A program made the translations under genes and the position numbers. A stretch of DNA of 64,000 nucleotides from Clostridiales bacterium DTU072 (GTDB lineage Bacteria; Bacillota; Clostridia; Christensenellales; DTU072). The notes under the pieces were generated by a model that was not told where the DNA came from, did not search any database, and was given only the letters and a program-made list of their open reading frames with translations. Position 1 is the stretch's first letter, and each line of letters starts with the position of its first letter. The DNA is taken from assembly GCA_001512685.1 (NCBI GenBank), contig LFSG01000044.1:10800-74799 (forward strand), written 5' to 3'. Below are positions 28,324 through 37,964 of the stretch, in pieces.

Positions 28324-29856
28324 ATGAAATATCAAACAGCTTTGGTCATAGACTTCGGAAGTCAATATAGTCAGCTTATCGCAAGAAAAATAAGGGAAAA
28401 CGGCGTATATTGCGAAATTATTCCTTTTTCTTCGGCCTCCGCGCAAAAAATTAAACAAATAAATCCTATAGCGCTTATCTTGACGGGCGGGCCAAGCAGC
28501 GTGTTTGCCCACGACGCCCCCGCCATAGACAAGCAAATACTTGAAATGAACCTTCCCGTTTTGGGTATTTGTTACGGCGCCCAGCTTATCGCCAAGCTGA
28601 AAGGCTGCGATGTCAAAGCGGCGGAAAGTCAAGAGTACGGCAGGCAGGAAATTCAGTATCAATACTGCGCCCTTTTTGAAGGCGTTGATAAAGAAAATAT
28701 TTGCTGGATGTCGCACGGCGATTATATCCGTTCTGTCGCCCAAGGCATGAGGGTCATAGCGAACACAAAAACCTGTCCCGTAGCCGCATACTGCGACGAA
28801 CAAAACAAAATTTACGGCGTGCAGTTTCATCCCGAAGTATCCCATACCATAAACGGCGATTTGATATTAAAGAATTTCCTTTATAAAATTGTCCGCGCCA
28901 AGGGTGATTGGACAATGTCGAATTTTGTCGCTCAAGCCGTGCAAAGCATAAAGCAAACCATAGGCGACAAAAAGGCGCTTTGCGCCATGAGCGGAGGCGT
29001 GGACAGCGCCGTCGCCGCCGCCCTCGTCCATAAAGCCATAGGCAAAAACCTTACCTGCGTTTTTGTGGACCACGGGCTTATGCGCAAAGACGAAGCAAAG
29101 CAGGTCATGGAGGTTTTTAAGGGCAAGCTGGGCATGAACCTGCGCCAAATCGACGCTTCGGAAAGGTTTCTTAATAAGCTGAGCGGCGTGAAAGACCCCG
29201 AACGCAAAAGAAAGATTATAGGCGAAGAATTTATAAGGGTGTTTGAGGAAGCCGCCAAGCAAATAGGCAAAGTGGATTATCTCGTGCAAGGCACCATTTA
29301 TCCCGATATAGTGGAAAGCGGGGTGGGCGCCGCTTTGGTTAAATCCCACCACAACGTGGGCGGTTTGCCTTCGGTGGTGGACTTCAAAGAAATTATTGAG
29401 CCGTTAAGGAATCTGTTTAAGGACGAAGTGCGCCAAGCGGGCTTTGAACTGGGATTGGATAAGGATATCGTAATGCGCCAGCCTTTCCCCGGCCCGGGAC
29501 TAGGCATCAGGATTATCGGCGAAATAACCCGCGAAAAGCTTGATATCCTCAGAGAGGCAGACTATATATTAAGGCAAGAAATCGCCCTCGCCGGGCTTGA
29601 TAATGATATTTGGCAATACTTTGCGGTGCTTACCGATTTAAGGAGCGTGGGCGTCATGGGCGACAAGCGCACCTATGATTATACGCTGGGAATACGCGCC
29701 GTTACCAGCGTGGACGCCATGACCGCCGATTTCGCGCGTATACCTTATGAAATTTTGGCAAAAATATCCTCAAGGATAGTGGGCGAGGTAAAAGGCATCA
29801 ATCGTGTTGTGTACGATATTACCACAAAACCTCCCGCCACCATTGAATGGGAGTAA
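28324..29856 (+). CDS. guaA: GMP synthase (glutamine-hydrolysing)
   Basis: 510 aa. GATase nucleophile GICYGAQL; PP-loop SGGVDSAV; C-terminal PPATIEWE. Confidence 0.95.
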   Translation: MKYQTALVIDFGSQYSQLIARKIRENGVYCEIIPFSSASAQKIKQINPIALILTGGPSSVFAHDAPAIDKQILEMNLPVLGICYGAQLIAKLKGCDVKAAESQEYGRQEIQYQYCALFEGVDKENICWMSHGDYIRSVAQGMRVIANTKTCPVAAYCDEQNKIYGVQFHPEVSHTINGDLILKNFLYKIVRAKGDWTMSNFVAQAVQSIKQTIGDKKALCAMSGGVDSAVAAALVHKAIGKNLTCVFVDHGLMRKDEAKQVMEVFKGKLGMNLRQIDASERFLNKLSGVKDPERKRKIIGEEFIRVFEEAAKQIGKVDYLVQGTIYPDIVESGVGAALVKSHHNVGGLPSVVDFKEIIEPLRNLFKDEVRQAGFELGLDKDIVMRQPFPGPGLGIRIIGEITREKLDILREADYILRQEIALAGLDNDIWQYFAVLTDLRSVGVMGDKRTYDYTLGIRAVTSVDAMTADFARIPYEILAKISSRIVGEVKGINRVVYDITTKPPATIEWE

Positions 29857-30323
29857 TGCTGAGCGACAAAAAGAGATTGCCCAAAAACGCTTTGAAATGC
29901 TGGTACCTCCGATGGCTGCTGGCATTTATTTTATTGCTGGGTTTTGAAATATTTACCGCCATAATATCCTCAAACCTTTTGTACGGGCTAAGCTTGACCT
30001 TAATCAAGGTTTGGGCCTTTTCTTTTCCCGTTTTGTACGCCATCGCCATGATATTTGTTCCGTATTTAAGGTATATCGGCTTTTCTTATTCTTTTGAGCA
30101 AAAAGACAAGGTATATGTGTACAGCGGCGTTGTGGCCAAAAAAAGACAAATTATCTTAGTTGACAACATACAGCATGTGGAATTAAAGGCTTATCCGTTT
30201 GAAAGACTGTTCAAGCTCGCCACCGTGAAAATATTTACGGCGGGCTCGGAGCATACCCTGCCCTCTTTGTCCGTGGAAGACGCCCTTTATGCCCAAAGCC
30301 TGGCGCATAAAGCAAAAAGCTGA
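29856..30323 (+). CDS. YdbS-like bacterial PH-domain (bPH_2) membrane protein
   Basis: About 155 aa. Two N-terminal TM helices plus one bPH_2 domain. The ATG overlaps the guaA stop (TAATG); the alternative in-frame ATG at 29847 is also possible. Confidence 0.65.
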   Translation: MLSDKKRLPKNALKCWYLRWLLAFILLLGFEIFTAIISSNLLYGLSLTLIKVWAFSFPVLYAIAMIFVPYLRYIGFSYSFEQKDKVYVYSGVVAKKRQIILVDNIQHVELKAYPFERLFKLATVKIFTAGSEHTLPSLSVEDALYAQSLAHKAKS

Positions 30324-30324
30324 A

Positions 30325-31728
30325 ATGAACGCTTACAGAGAAAGTTTCGCTGCGGTTTTCTATAAATTCTTGTCCGCCGCCGCATTCCTTGCCGCTCTCG
30401 CCTATTTCGCCGCGCGCATTTTGTCATACGATATAAGCTTGACAAACCGCTTTTTATATTTTCAATTGCCCTTGGCTTTTATGCTGTCGGGGGTTATGCT
30501 GCTTTATATCGTTTTTCTTTTGGGCAGCCATTATCGAAAGAAAATAATAGTAGGATTGGACAGCTTGACGGTGGAAAGCCGCTTTTTTATCACAAACAGC
30601 GTTATGCTGCCTTATCGCAATGTTCATTTCTATACCGTTAAGCAGTCGCTTTTGTATAAAGCCGTAAAAGCCAAGCGCATAATCATCAATTCGGGCAGCG
30701 TCAACCAAAAAGCCGAAATGGATATAATCGCCCGCCGAGAAGTGATTGAAGAGATAGAAAACAAAATTGTCCGCGCTCATTGCGGCGACGGGACATATGA
30801 GCAAATATCCTTTTCTCTTCCCAATAAAAGCCTGCTTGTTAACTCCGTTCTCATGCCCGCAAGGTGGATAAGGCCGATAGGGTACGCGCTGTCCTTGGTT
30901 ACGCTGGTAGCGCTGTATTTCGTCGATACCCTTTATAACAAGCTTATCGCCGCTTTATATGTTATTTCAATAGTTTTAAGCATAATGCTGAACGCTTTGG
31001 CCACATGGAACAAATACCATAATTTCAGCTTGTCCAAGCGGGGCTGCGTATTAAAGATTTCTTACGGCAAATTGGTCAAATCCCACCATTTCGCTTTGTA
31101 TGACAGCATTAACGGAATGGGGCTGAAACAGCATTTGCTGAACAAAATTACCCGTACCTGTACCGCTTTTTTGTACGCTCCCGGGCATCAAGGCGCTTTG
31201 TCCGACCTTTCAATTCCTTTGCTTCCCATAGCTAAAATTGAAAACGCCCAAAAGGTGATTAAGGAATTTCTACCCGATTTTGAGAGCGAGTGCAAAGGCT
31301 TCCGCCCTCCGCCCTCCGCCCGCATAAATTATTTTTCCCTGCCTGTTTTTGGGTTTAACCTCATAGCCGCGCCTTTAATGGTTTTCTTTGCGTTTTATGA
31401 ACGCTTGCCGCTTGCTTTCCCCGTGTTTGTATTGTTGAACACCCTTGTTCTTCTGGACTGCAGGCTTAAATATTTCAATACTTCTTTTTATTGCGGGCGC
31501 AATATAGTGGAAGCGGCGGCGGGCGGCATGTTTTGGCGAAAATTAATCGCCAAAAAAAGCTCGGTTCAAGCGCTTTGCCTTACCCATACGATTTTTAACA
31601 AGAAGAAGAATTTGCTCAAATCAAAGCTTTATGTCAAAGGCGTCAAAAAAGCTTTCAAGACGGGATATTTGCGCTTGGAAGCCTACTCGGGCTTGCAAAC
31701 CGAACGCCAAAAAACCACGCAACAATAA
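30325..31728 (+). CDS. YdbT-like membrane protein with repeated bPH_2 domains
   Basis: About 467 aa with alternating TM pairs and PH-like modules. The start is 1 nt after the ydbS-like stop. The size pairing with the upstream gene mirrors Bacillus ydbS/ydbT. Confidence 0.65.
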   Translation: MNAYRESFAAVFYKFLSAAAFLAALAYFAARILSYDISLTNRFLYFQLPLAFMLSGVMLLYIVFLLGSHYRKKIIVGLDSLTVESRFFITNSVMLPYRNVHFYTVKQSLLYKAVKAKRIIINSGSVNQKAEMDIIARREVIEEIENKIVRAHCGDGTYEQISFSLPNKSLLVNSVLMPARWIRPIGYALSLVTLVALYFVDTLYNKLIAALYVISIVLSIMLNALATWNKYHNFSLSKRGCVLKISYGKLVKSHHFALYDSINGMGLKQHLLNKITRTCTAFLYAPGHQGALSDLSIPLLPIAKIENAQKVIKEFLPDFESECKGFRPPPSARINYFSLPVFGFNLIAAPLMVFFAFYERLPLAFPVFVLLNTLVLLDCRLKYFNTSFYCGRNIVEAAAGGMFWRKLIAKKSSVQALCLTHTIFNKKKNLLKSKLYVKGVKKAFKTGYLRLEAYSGLQTERQKTTQQ

Positions 31729-31739
31729 AGCGCGGTTTT
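31711..31739 (+). terminator. Possible weak terminator at the ydbT-like stop
   Basis: Imperfect stem aaaaccacgc/gcgcggtttt encloses the stop codon. The U-tail is short. Confidence 0.25.
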
Positions 31740-31961
31740 CGGCCGGAGGGTGTTTTATCTTAGGCAATGCTTATTCCTTGTCTTGCCTTGAATCTGTCGC
31801 AAGCTCATTGCCTTAAACCAAAGCGACTCTTCTTTGGGATTTCATACACCGTCTTAGTATATTTATATTATGGCTTAGGCCATTGTGTGCCCCTTAACGG
31901 TTGCTTATTTTTATGGCACAAAACACGCCTTGCGCGCATAAAATAAAAAAAAGGAGGCGTC

Positions 31962-32204
31962 ATGAACATTAAAGATTACATAAAAAACAAAAAAAAGCCT
32001 CTTTCCCCTCAAGAAGCCTTAAATAAGTATTCGGACATGAGCGAAGAAGAATTGATGCGGGAATTGTTTAATGTGGGCGCATGTTCAAAAGGCAATACCT
32101 CCCCCCAAGAATTGGACGCCTTTTACGCCAAAATAGAATCCTTTTTGACTGCCGAGCAAAGAGAAAAAATGAAAGACCTTATCGCGCGGCTGAAGACAAG
32201 CTGA
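31962..32204 (+). CDS. Small hypothetical protein (80 aa, charged, helical)
   Basis: Strong RBS AAGGAGG 6 nt before the ATG. I recognise no family. Confidence 0.6.
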   Translation: MNIKDYIKNKKKPLSPQEALNKYSDMSEEELMRELFNVGACSKGNTSPQELDAFYAKIESFLTAEQREKMKDLIARLKTS

Positions 32205-32205
32205 T

Positions 32206-32643
32206 ATGAACAATCCTTTTTTGATGATGCTGCCCTTTATGATGATGGGGCGCAAAGGCGGCGGGGGCAACGATATGATGAACGCTTTGCTTATGTCCCA
32301 GCTTGGCGGCAATAAAAGCGGCGGCGACCCTATGCTCAACGCCATGCTCGGTATGATGGGGGGCAATAAACAAAATGACCAAAAATCCGAAAGCGGCGAT
32401 ATGGCAAGCCTTATCGCCAATATGATGAGCGGCAAAGGCGGGGCAAACGCTTCGGATATGTCGGGCATGCTTTCAAAACTAATGGGTAACAGCGCCATGG
32501 GCGGCGGCGCTCCCCTCGCCGCCATGGTGGCGTCAATGTTAAATCAAAAAGACAATCAAAAATCCGAAGGTTTTGTTCCCCTCAAAGGCATATCTAACGA
32601 AACAATAAATTCGGCTTTGCTTAAATTAATGAAAGGGGATTAA
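32206..32643 (+). CDS. Methionine/glycine-rich low-complexity protein (145 aa)
   Basis: Starts 1 nt after the upstream stop. Roughly one residue in six is Met. Repeated units have the form GG.NK..(S/G)D.M...L..MM. Confidence 0.55.
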   Translation: MNNPFLMMLPFMMMGRKGGGGNDMMNALLMSQLGGNKSGGDPMLNAMLGMMGGNKQNDQKSESGDMASLIANMMSGKGGANASDMSGMLSKLMGNSAMGGGAPLAAMVASMLNQKDNQKSEGFVPLKGISNETINSALLKLMKGD

Positions 32644-33104
32644 TCTTGATTCTCCAAATCGCGATACTTTATTATTTCCACTCCCGCTTCCTTGAAAAGT
32701 TCCATTGAGAAGTCGTCGGGATAGCCTTCTTTATAGACCACCCTCCTTATACCGCTGTTTATTATCATCTTGGCGCAAATCGTGCATGGCTGATGGGTAC
32801 AATACATCACCGCCCCTTCCACGCTTACGCCTATTTTCGCCGCTTGGATAATGGCGTTCTGTTCGGCGTGCACGGCATAGCAAAGCTCGTGTCTTGTGCC
32901 CGAAGGTATATTGAGCTTATTCCTCATGCATTCGCCTTTTTCGCGGCAGCTCTTTATGCCGCTGCTGGCGCCGTTGTAGCCTGTGGTAAGGATTCTTTTG
33001 TTCCTTGTGATAATGGCTCCCACTTTTCTGTTGTCCTTATAGCACGAAGACCAATTGCTGACAAGCTCGGCCATTTCCATAAACCTTTTGTCCCATTTGT
33101 TCAT
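32640..33104 (-). CDS. comEB: Deoxycytidylate (dCMP) deaminase, ComEB-like
   Basis: 154 aa. Zinc motifs HAEQNAI and PCTICAKMI. Confidence 0.9.
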   Translation of the reverse strand: MNKWDKRFMEMAELVSNWSSCYKDNRKVGAIITRNKRILTTGYNGASSGIKSCREKGECMRNKLNIPSGTRHELCYAVHAEQNAIIQAAKIGVSVEGAVMYCTHQPCTICAKMIINSGIRRVVYKEGYPDDFSMELFKEAGVEIIKYRDLENQD

Positions 33105-33284
33105 AATAAATCCCTTTTGCTTAAACCTTAAATTTTTTTACCGTTTAATAATATCATAAAGCTTGTCATAATTGCAAGCGGCGGCCGTTTTTGGCAAAAA
33201 ATAAAATTATGAGGTTAAAAAATAAATTTTTTTGGGTATTTTAAGGCGGTTATTAGCTTAAAGGCGCCATCATATAATGGTATT

Positions 33285-34016
33285 ATGTCCAAGATAGATT
33301 ATACTCAATTCTATATAAAAAACTATCTGTCGGATAAAAAAAACAAAAAAACCGATATAATCGTTAAGCCCGTCAAAAAACGGAGAATAGGCGTTTATCT
33401 TTTGGCGGCGCTGATACTGATTGCTGCGCTTGTTTACGCCAATGTCAAATTGGGCAATATCGGCTTTGATTGGGCAAAGGAGTTGTTCGCCAAGCAAAAG
33501 GACGCCCATTATTATTTTGTGGTCAAAAGCTTCGACAGTCGGGATAAGGCTTACGCTCAATCTTTGCTTGTGCGGCAGTCGGGCGGCGGCGGATATATAT
33601 ACCAAAAACAAAACGCTTATTTTGTGGCATATACGCTTTTTGCCGATAAAGAAGACGCCCAAAGCGTGGCAAGCAAAAACAAAGACGCCCAAATTATCGT
33701 CAAAAGGCTTGACGCCAAAAAGTATTCGGAGGTGATTTTCGCCTTGAATGAGCTATTAAGCGCCGCTTTGCAGTTTGAAAACGGCGAAATATACGAATCC
33801 CAATTTCTTGAAAAATGCAATCAAATCCAATCGAACATAAAAAAAGAAAAGGAAAGGGCAGTCAAAGAAAACGCTTCCGGCCATTATACGGCCATCCTTG
33901 AGCTGTTCGCGGGGGGATTGGCCTCCCTTGATGTGGCCGGCGCCACAAGGGTGCAATTGCTTAGCGATTTAAGATACATATTGAGCTCGGTGATAATCAG
34001 CTTCGATAAATTGTGA
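33285..34016 (+). CDS. Membrane-anchored protein with a SPOR-like domain
   Basis: N-terminal TM helix (IGVYLLAALILIAALVYA). The segment YYFVVKSFDSRDKAYAQSLL...YFVAYTLFADKEDAQSVA resembles the SPOR repeat pattern. Confidence 0.45.
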   Translation: MSKIDYTQFYIKNYLSDKKNKKTDIIVKPVKKRRIGVYLLAALILIAALVYANVKLGNIGFDWAKELFAKQKDAHYYFVVKSFDSRDKAYAQSLLVRQSGGGGYIYQKQNAYFVAYTLFADKEDAQSVASKNKDAQIIVKRLDAKKYSEVIFALNELLSAALQFENGEIYESQFLEKCNQIQSNIKKEKERAVKENASGHYTAILELFAGGLASLDVAGATRVQLLSDLRYILSSVIISFDKL

Positions 34017-34385
34017 TTAAATTATGTTTTGGTATCTGAAGCGGTAGATATCCCCCATTCTTTTTGCCACTTCCCTAAGTTTATAGAGCAGCGGATAGGC
34101 CGCTTTCTCGTCATTGCTGCGCATGGCGCCCACAAGCTCGCCGCATGTAAAGGATACTTCGTTAAGCTGAAAATGCGGCACCACAAACTCTAAACGCTTA
34201 TGCTGCTTGTCCAGCCATTCGGCGGTGTCCAAAACCTTTTGCTTGTCTATGGCGTCTTCGCTTAATATCTCGTTTGTTCTTTGCTCAAGCTCCCTGAAAG
34301 TCTTGGTTATATAAACGCATTCCCAAATGCCGCCCGCAAGCATCAAAACCAAAAGCACGATAACGGTAATCAATTTATATTTCAT
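34017..34385 (-). CDS. DUF4363-family protein
   Basis: 122 aa with an N-terminal TM helix. Its position immediately downstream of, and overlapping, a DUF421 gene is typical for this family. Confidence 0.6.
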   Translation of the reverse strand: MKYKLITVIVLLVLMLAGGIWECVYITKTFRELEQRTNEILSEDAIDKQKVLDTAEWLDKQHKRLEFVVPHFQLNEVSFTCGELVGAMRSNDEKAAYPLLYKLREVAKRMGDIYRFRYQNII

Positions 34386-35043
34386 CGTCCGCCTCGAAAA
34401 TCATATATTTCCCTTTGACGGGCTGTAAAAATATTTTGTTGGAATCGGCGGTCATAAGCAATACGTCTTTCATTCTGATATTCTTTTTGTTGAGAATTTT
34501 TTGCACATTTTCTTTGTTCGCTTTAATTTTTGACAAATTGTCTTCCAAATACCTGCCTTCGCATATAAGCGTCATGGGTATGGATTGCGGCGAAGGCGCG
34601 TTTTCTTTTTTCATAACCGATAACTTGCCGTTGGTTTCGATTATGGCGTAATTTATTTCTTCTATGCTGAAATAGCCCTGCTCCCTTATCATTTCCAATA
34701 AATCGTTGACATTGAGATTGAGTTTTCTTAAATTCTCGTTGTTTACGCCCTCTTGGTCTATGACAATCATGGGCTTGCCGTTGAAAAATTTGCGGAATCT
34801 GATGGACTTAGAGCTTATGGAGGTAATTATATAATGGGCGACAAACACCGTTATGAGCGGCACTATGCCGTATAAAATGGGCGTGGTGATTTCTTGCATG
34901 GGAGTGCTGGCAAGCTCGGCCACCGCAAGCACTATGACAAATTCAAAAGGCTGGAATTCGCCTATGGCGCGCTTGCCCATAAACCTTAACCCCGCTACCA
35001 GCACCAAAAGAATTATTAGAGAACGCGCGATAATTACAAGCAT
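34375..35043 (-). CDS. DUF421 (YetF/YrbG-like) membrane protein
   Basis: 222 aa. The N-terminus LRFMGKRAIGEFQPFEFVIVLAVAE is typical of DUF421. Confidence 0.7.
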   Translation of the reverse strand: MLVIIARSLIILLVLVAGLRFMGKRAIGEFQPFEFVIVLAVAELASTPMQEITTPILYGIVPLITVFVAHYIITSISSKSIRFRKFFNGKPMIVIDQEGVNNENLRKLNLNVNDLLEMIREQGYFSIEEINYAIIETNGKLSVMKKENAPSPQSIPMTLICEGRYLEDNLSKIKANKENVQKILNKKNIRMKDVLLMTADSNKIFLQPVKGKYMIFEADDEI

Positions 35044-35087
35044 ATCTTTAGCATTGTTCTTATCAAGAAAAAATATGCTCTTTTGAA

Positions 35088-37907
35088 TTATTTATACAAA
35101 ACTTTCTTCAAATATTCCCCGGTATAGCTGCCCGGCGTGGCCGCCACTTGCTCGGGCCGGCCTTTGGCTATCAAATTCCCTCCCAAATCGCCCCCTTCAG
35201 GGCCCAAATCTATGACATAATCGGCGGTCTTTATGACATCGATGTTATGTTCGATTATTATTACGGTATTGCCGCTGTCCACCAATCTTTGCAATACCAT
35301 AATCAGTTTCTCCACATCGGCGGCGTGCAATCCCGTGGTGGGCTCGTCCAATATATATACCGTCCTGCCTGTGGCCCTTTTGCTCAATTCGGCGGCAAGC
35401 TTGATGCGCTGAGCCTCCCCTCCCGAAAAAGTGGTGGCGGGCTGTCCCAATTTTATATACCCCAGTCCCACATCTTGTATAGTTTTAAGTTTATTGAATA
35501 TCCTCGGTATTTTGGAAAAGAATTCGCACGCTTCGTCAACGGTCATTTCCAAAATGTCATAAATGCTTTTGCCTTTATATTTTACTTCCAAGGTTTCCCT
35601 GTTATATCTTCTGCCGCGGCATACCTCGCAGGGCACATACACATCGGGCAAAAAGTGCATTTCTATTTTTATTATGCCGTCTCCCTTGCAGTTTTCGCAT
35701 CTGCCCCCGCTGACATTAAAGGAAAACCTGCCCTCTCTGTACCCCCTTGCCCTGGCTTCGGGAGTGGAGGAAAACAATTCCCTTATATATGTGAATACCC
35801 CCGTGTAAGTGGCGGGGTTGGAACGGGGAGTCCTGCCTATGGGGCTTTGGTCTATGGCGATGACTTTGTCGCAATGCTCCATCCCTTCGATTTCGTCAAA
35901 ATCCCCTTCATCCAAACGCGCCCCGTTAAGCTTGTTGGCAAGATGAGGATACAAAATACCGTTGACCAAAGAAGACTTGCCGCTGCCGCTCACGCCCGTA
36001 ACCACATCAAAGCAACCTAAAGGAAAATCCACATTTATATTCTTAAGGTTGTTCTGTCTTGCTCCCAATACGCTGAGATATTTATTGCAGCAATCCCTGC
36101 GCTTTTCGGGAAGCGCTATTTTTCTTTTGCCCGACAAAAACAAGCCCGTAAGGGATTTCTCGTTATTCATAATGTCCGCGGGGCTTCCCGCCGCCACCAC
36201 TTCGCCGCCTTTTATGCCCGCCCCCGGGCCTATGTCCACAATATAATCGGCTTCTCTGATTGTTTCTTCGTCGTGCTCCACCACTATCAAAGTATTGCCC
36301 ACATCCCTTAATTTCTTCAGAGTGGCTATCAGCCTGCCGTTATCCCTTTGGTGCAGGCCGATGCTGGGCTCGTCCAAAATATATATCACCCCCATAAGCC
36401 CGCTGCCTATCTGCGTGGCCAGTCTTATTCTCTGCGCTTCCCCGCCGCTCAGCGTGGCGCTTGAGCGCGACAAGGTCAAATACCCCAGCCCCACGTCTAT
36501 TAAAAAATTAACCCTTTCGTTAAGTTCCTTTAATATCGGAGTGGCCACTATGGCATCCCTTTTGGACAGTTTCAGGCTACCAAAGAATACGGGCAAGCGC
36601 GAAATGGGCATATCGGCCACCTCGCTGATGTTCCTGCCGTCTATCCTTATGGATAATACTTCCTTTGTCAGCCTTTTCCCCGAACAAGACATGCAGGGGC
36701 GAGTGGTCATCAGTCTTTCTATATCCCTTTTTACGCCCTCGGAAGCGGTTTCCCTATACCTTCTTTTCAAGTTGTTCACTATTCCTTCATAGCTGGAATT
36801 GTATTCCGCCGAAAAGCGGGCGCTCTGCCACTCCATGCGCATTGTTTCGCGGTTGTTGCCGTATAAAATCATGTCTTGTATATGCTTGGGCAAATCCTTA
36901 TACGGCGTGTCCAGTGAAAACTTATATTTTTCGGACAGCGCCTTGAACATCATGGCGGAAATTCTGCCCATATCCAAATTCCAGCCGCTTACTTTAATCG
37001 CGCCTTCTCTCAAGCTCTTGGTTTTGTCGGGAATAAGCTTGTCTATGTCGATTTCATTCTTAAAGCCCAATCCCGTGCATTCGGGGCAAGCGCCGTAAGG
37101 GCTGTTGAAAGAAAAGCTCCTTGGGGTTATCTCCCCCAGCGTAATATTGCAGTCGGGGCAAGCGTATCGGGTGGAATAAAGCTCCTCTTTGCCCTCATAG
37201 TCTATGGACACCAAGCCGCCGGTAAGTTTAAGCGCCAATTCCACGCTGTCGGTCAGCCTTCTGTTTATGCCCTCTTTGATTATCAATCTGTCCACCACAA
37301 CGCTTATGTCGTGTTTGCGTTGACGGTCAAGCTCAATATCTTCGTCAAGCATGCGGATTTCTCCGTCCACCTTTACTCTGGCGTAGCCGTCTTTGCGCAA
37401 ATTTTCAAATTGCTTTTTGTATTCCCCCTTTCTCCCCCGCACTATGGGAGCCATTACCATTATCTTGGTTCCTTGGGCGTACATAAGCGCCTTGTCCACT
37501 ATCTGGTCCACGGTAATGCCGTAAATCTCCCTGCCGCATTCCGGACAATGGGGCACGCCTATCCTGGCGAACAGCAGCCTTAGATAATCGTAAATCTCGG
37601 TAACCGTCCCCACCGTCGAACGCGGGTTGTGGGATGTGGTTTTTTGGTCTATGGATATTGAAGGCGACAAGCCTTCTATGCTCTCCACATCGGGCTTGTC
37701 CATCTGCCCCAAAAACTGTCTGGCGTAAGAGGATAAGCTCTCGATATACCTTCTCTGTCCTTCGGCGAAAATGGTATCAAAAGCCAGCGAAGACTTGCCG
37801 CTGCCCGACAGTCCCGTAAACACTATAAATTTATCCCTGGGCAAAGTTAAATTTATGTCTTTAAGATTATTCTCTTTTGCTCCCTTGATAATTATTTTGT
37901 CGTTCAT
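35088..37907 (-). CDS. uvrA: Excinuclease ABC subunit A
   Basis: Two ABC ATPase modules ([25 protein letters not shown]) and zinc-finger CxxC pairs. The start is uncertain: ATG at 37907 or TTG at 37925. Confidence 0.95.
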   Translation of the reverse strand: MNDKIIIKGAKENNLKDINLTLPRDKFIVFTGLSGSGKSSLAFDTIFAEGQRRYIESLSSYARQFLGQMDKPDVESIEGLSPSISIDQKTTSHNPRSTVGTVTEIYDYLRLLFARIGVPHCPECGREIYGITVDQIVDKALMYAQGTKIMVMAPIVRGRKGEYKKQFENLRKDGYARVKVDGEIRMLDEDIELDRQRKHDISVVVDRLIIKEGINRRLTDSVELALKLTGGLVSIDYEGKEELYSTRYACPDCNITLGEITPRSFSFNSPYGACPECTGLGFKNEIDIDKLIPDKTKSLREGAIKVSGWNLDMGRISAMMFKALSEKYKFSLDTPYKDLPKHIQDMILYGNNRETMRMEWQSARFSAEYNSSYEGIVNNLKRRYRETASEGVKRDIERLMTTRPCMSCSGKRLTKEVLSIRIDGRNISEVADMPISRLPVFFGSLKLSKRDAIVATPILKELNERVNFLIDVGLGYLTLSRSSATLSGGEAQRIRLATQIGSGLMGVIYILDEPSIGLHQRDNGRLIATLKKLRDVGNTLIVVEHDEETIREADYIVDIGPGAGIKGGEVVAAGSPADIMNNEKSLTGLFLSGKRKIALPEKRRDCCNKYLSVLGARQNNLKNINVDFPLGCFDVVTGVSGSGKSSLVNGILYPHLANKLNGARLDEGDFDEIEGMEHCDKVIAIDQSPIGRTPRSNPATYTGVFTYIRELFSSTPEARARGYREGRFSFNVSGGRCENCKGDGIIKIEMHFLPDVYVPCEVCRGRRYNRETLEVKYKGKSIYDILEMTVDEACEFFSKIPRIFNKLKTIQDVGLGYIKLGQPATTFSGGEAQRIKLAAELSKRATGRTVYILDEPTTGLHAADVEKLIMVLQRLVDSGNTVIIIEHNIDVIKTADYVIDLGPEGGDLGGNLIAKGRPEQVAATPGSYTGEYLKKVLYK

Positions 37908-37964
37908 CTCCGTCGCTTTCTCCAATTTTTTCGCATATGCGCATATATCGTTTGATTGTCGGCG

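Noticed and set aside
32085-32525. A 146-aa minus-strand ORF opposite the Met/Gly-rich gene.
   Set aside because: It is a Pro/Ile/Ser-rich complement of the low-complexity coding sequence with no RBS. The plus-strand ORF is tightly coupled to an upstream gene that has a strong RBS.
37932-37941. A perfect 10-bp palindrome, CGCATATGCG, between uvrB and uvrA.
   Set aside because: It is short, occurs once, and lies at the uncertain uvrA start region. There is no second half-site or known operator consensus to support a regulatory call.
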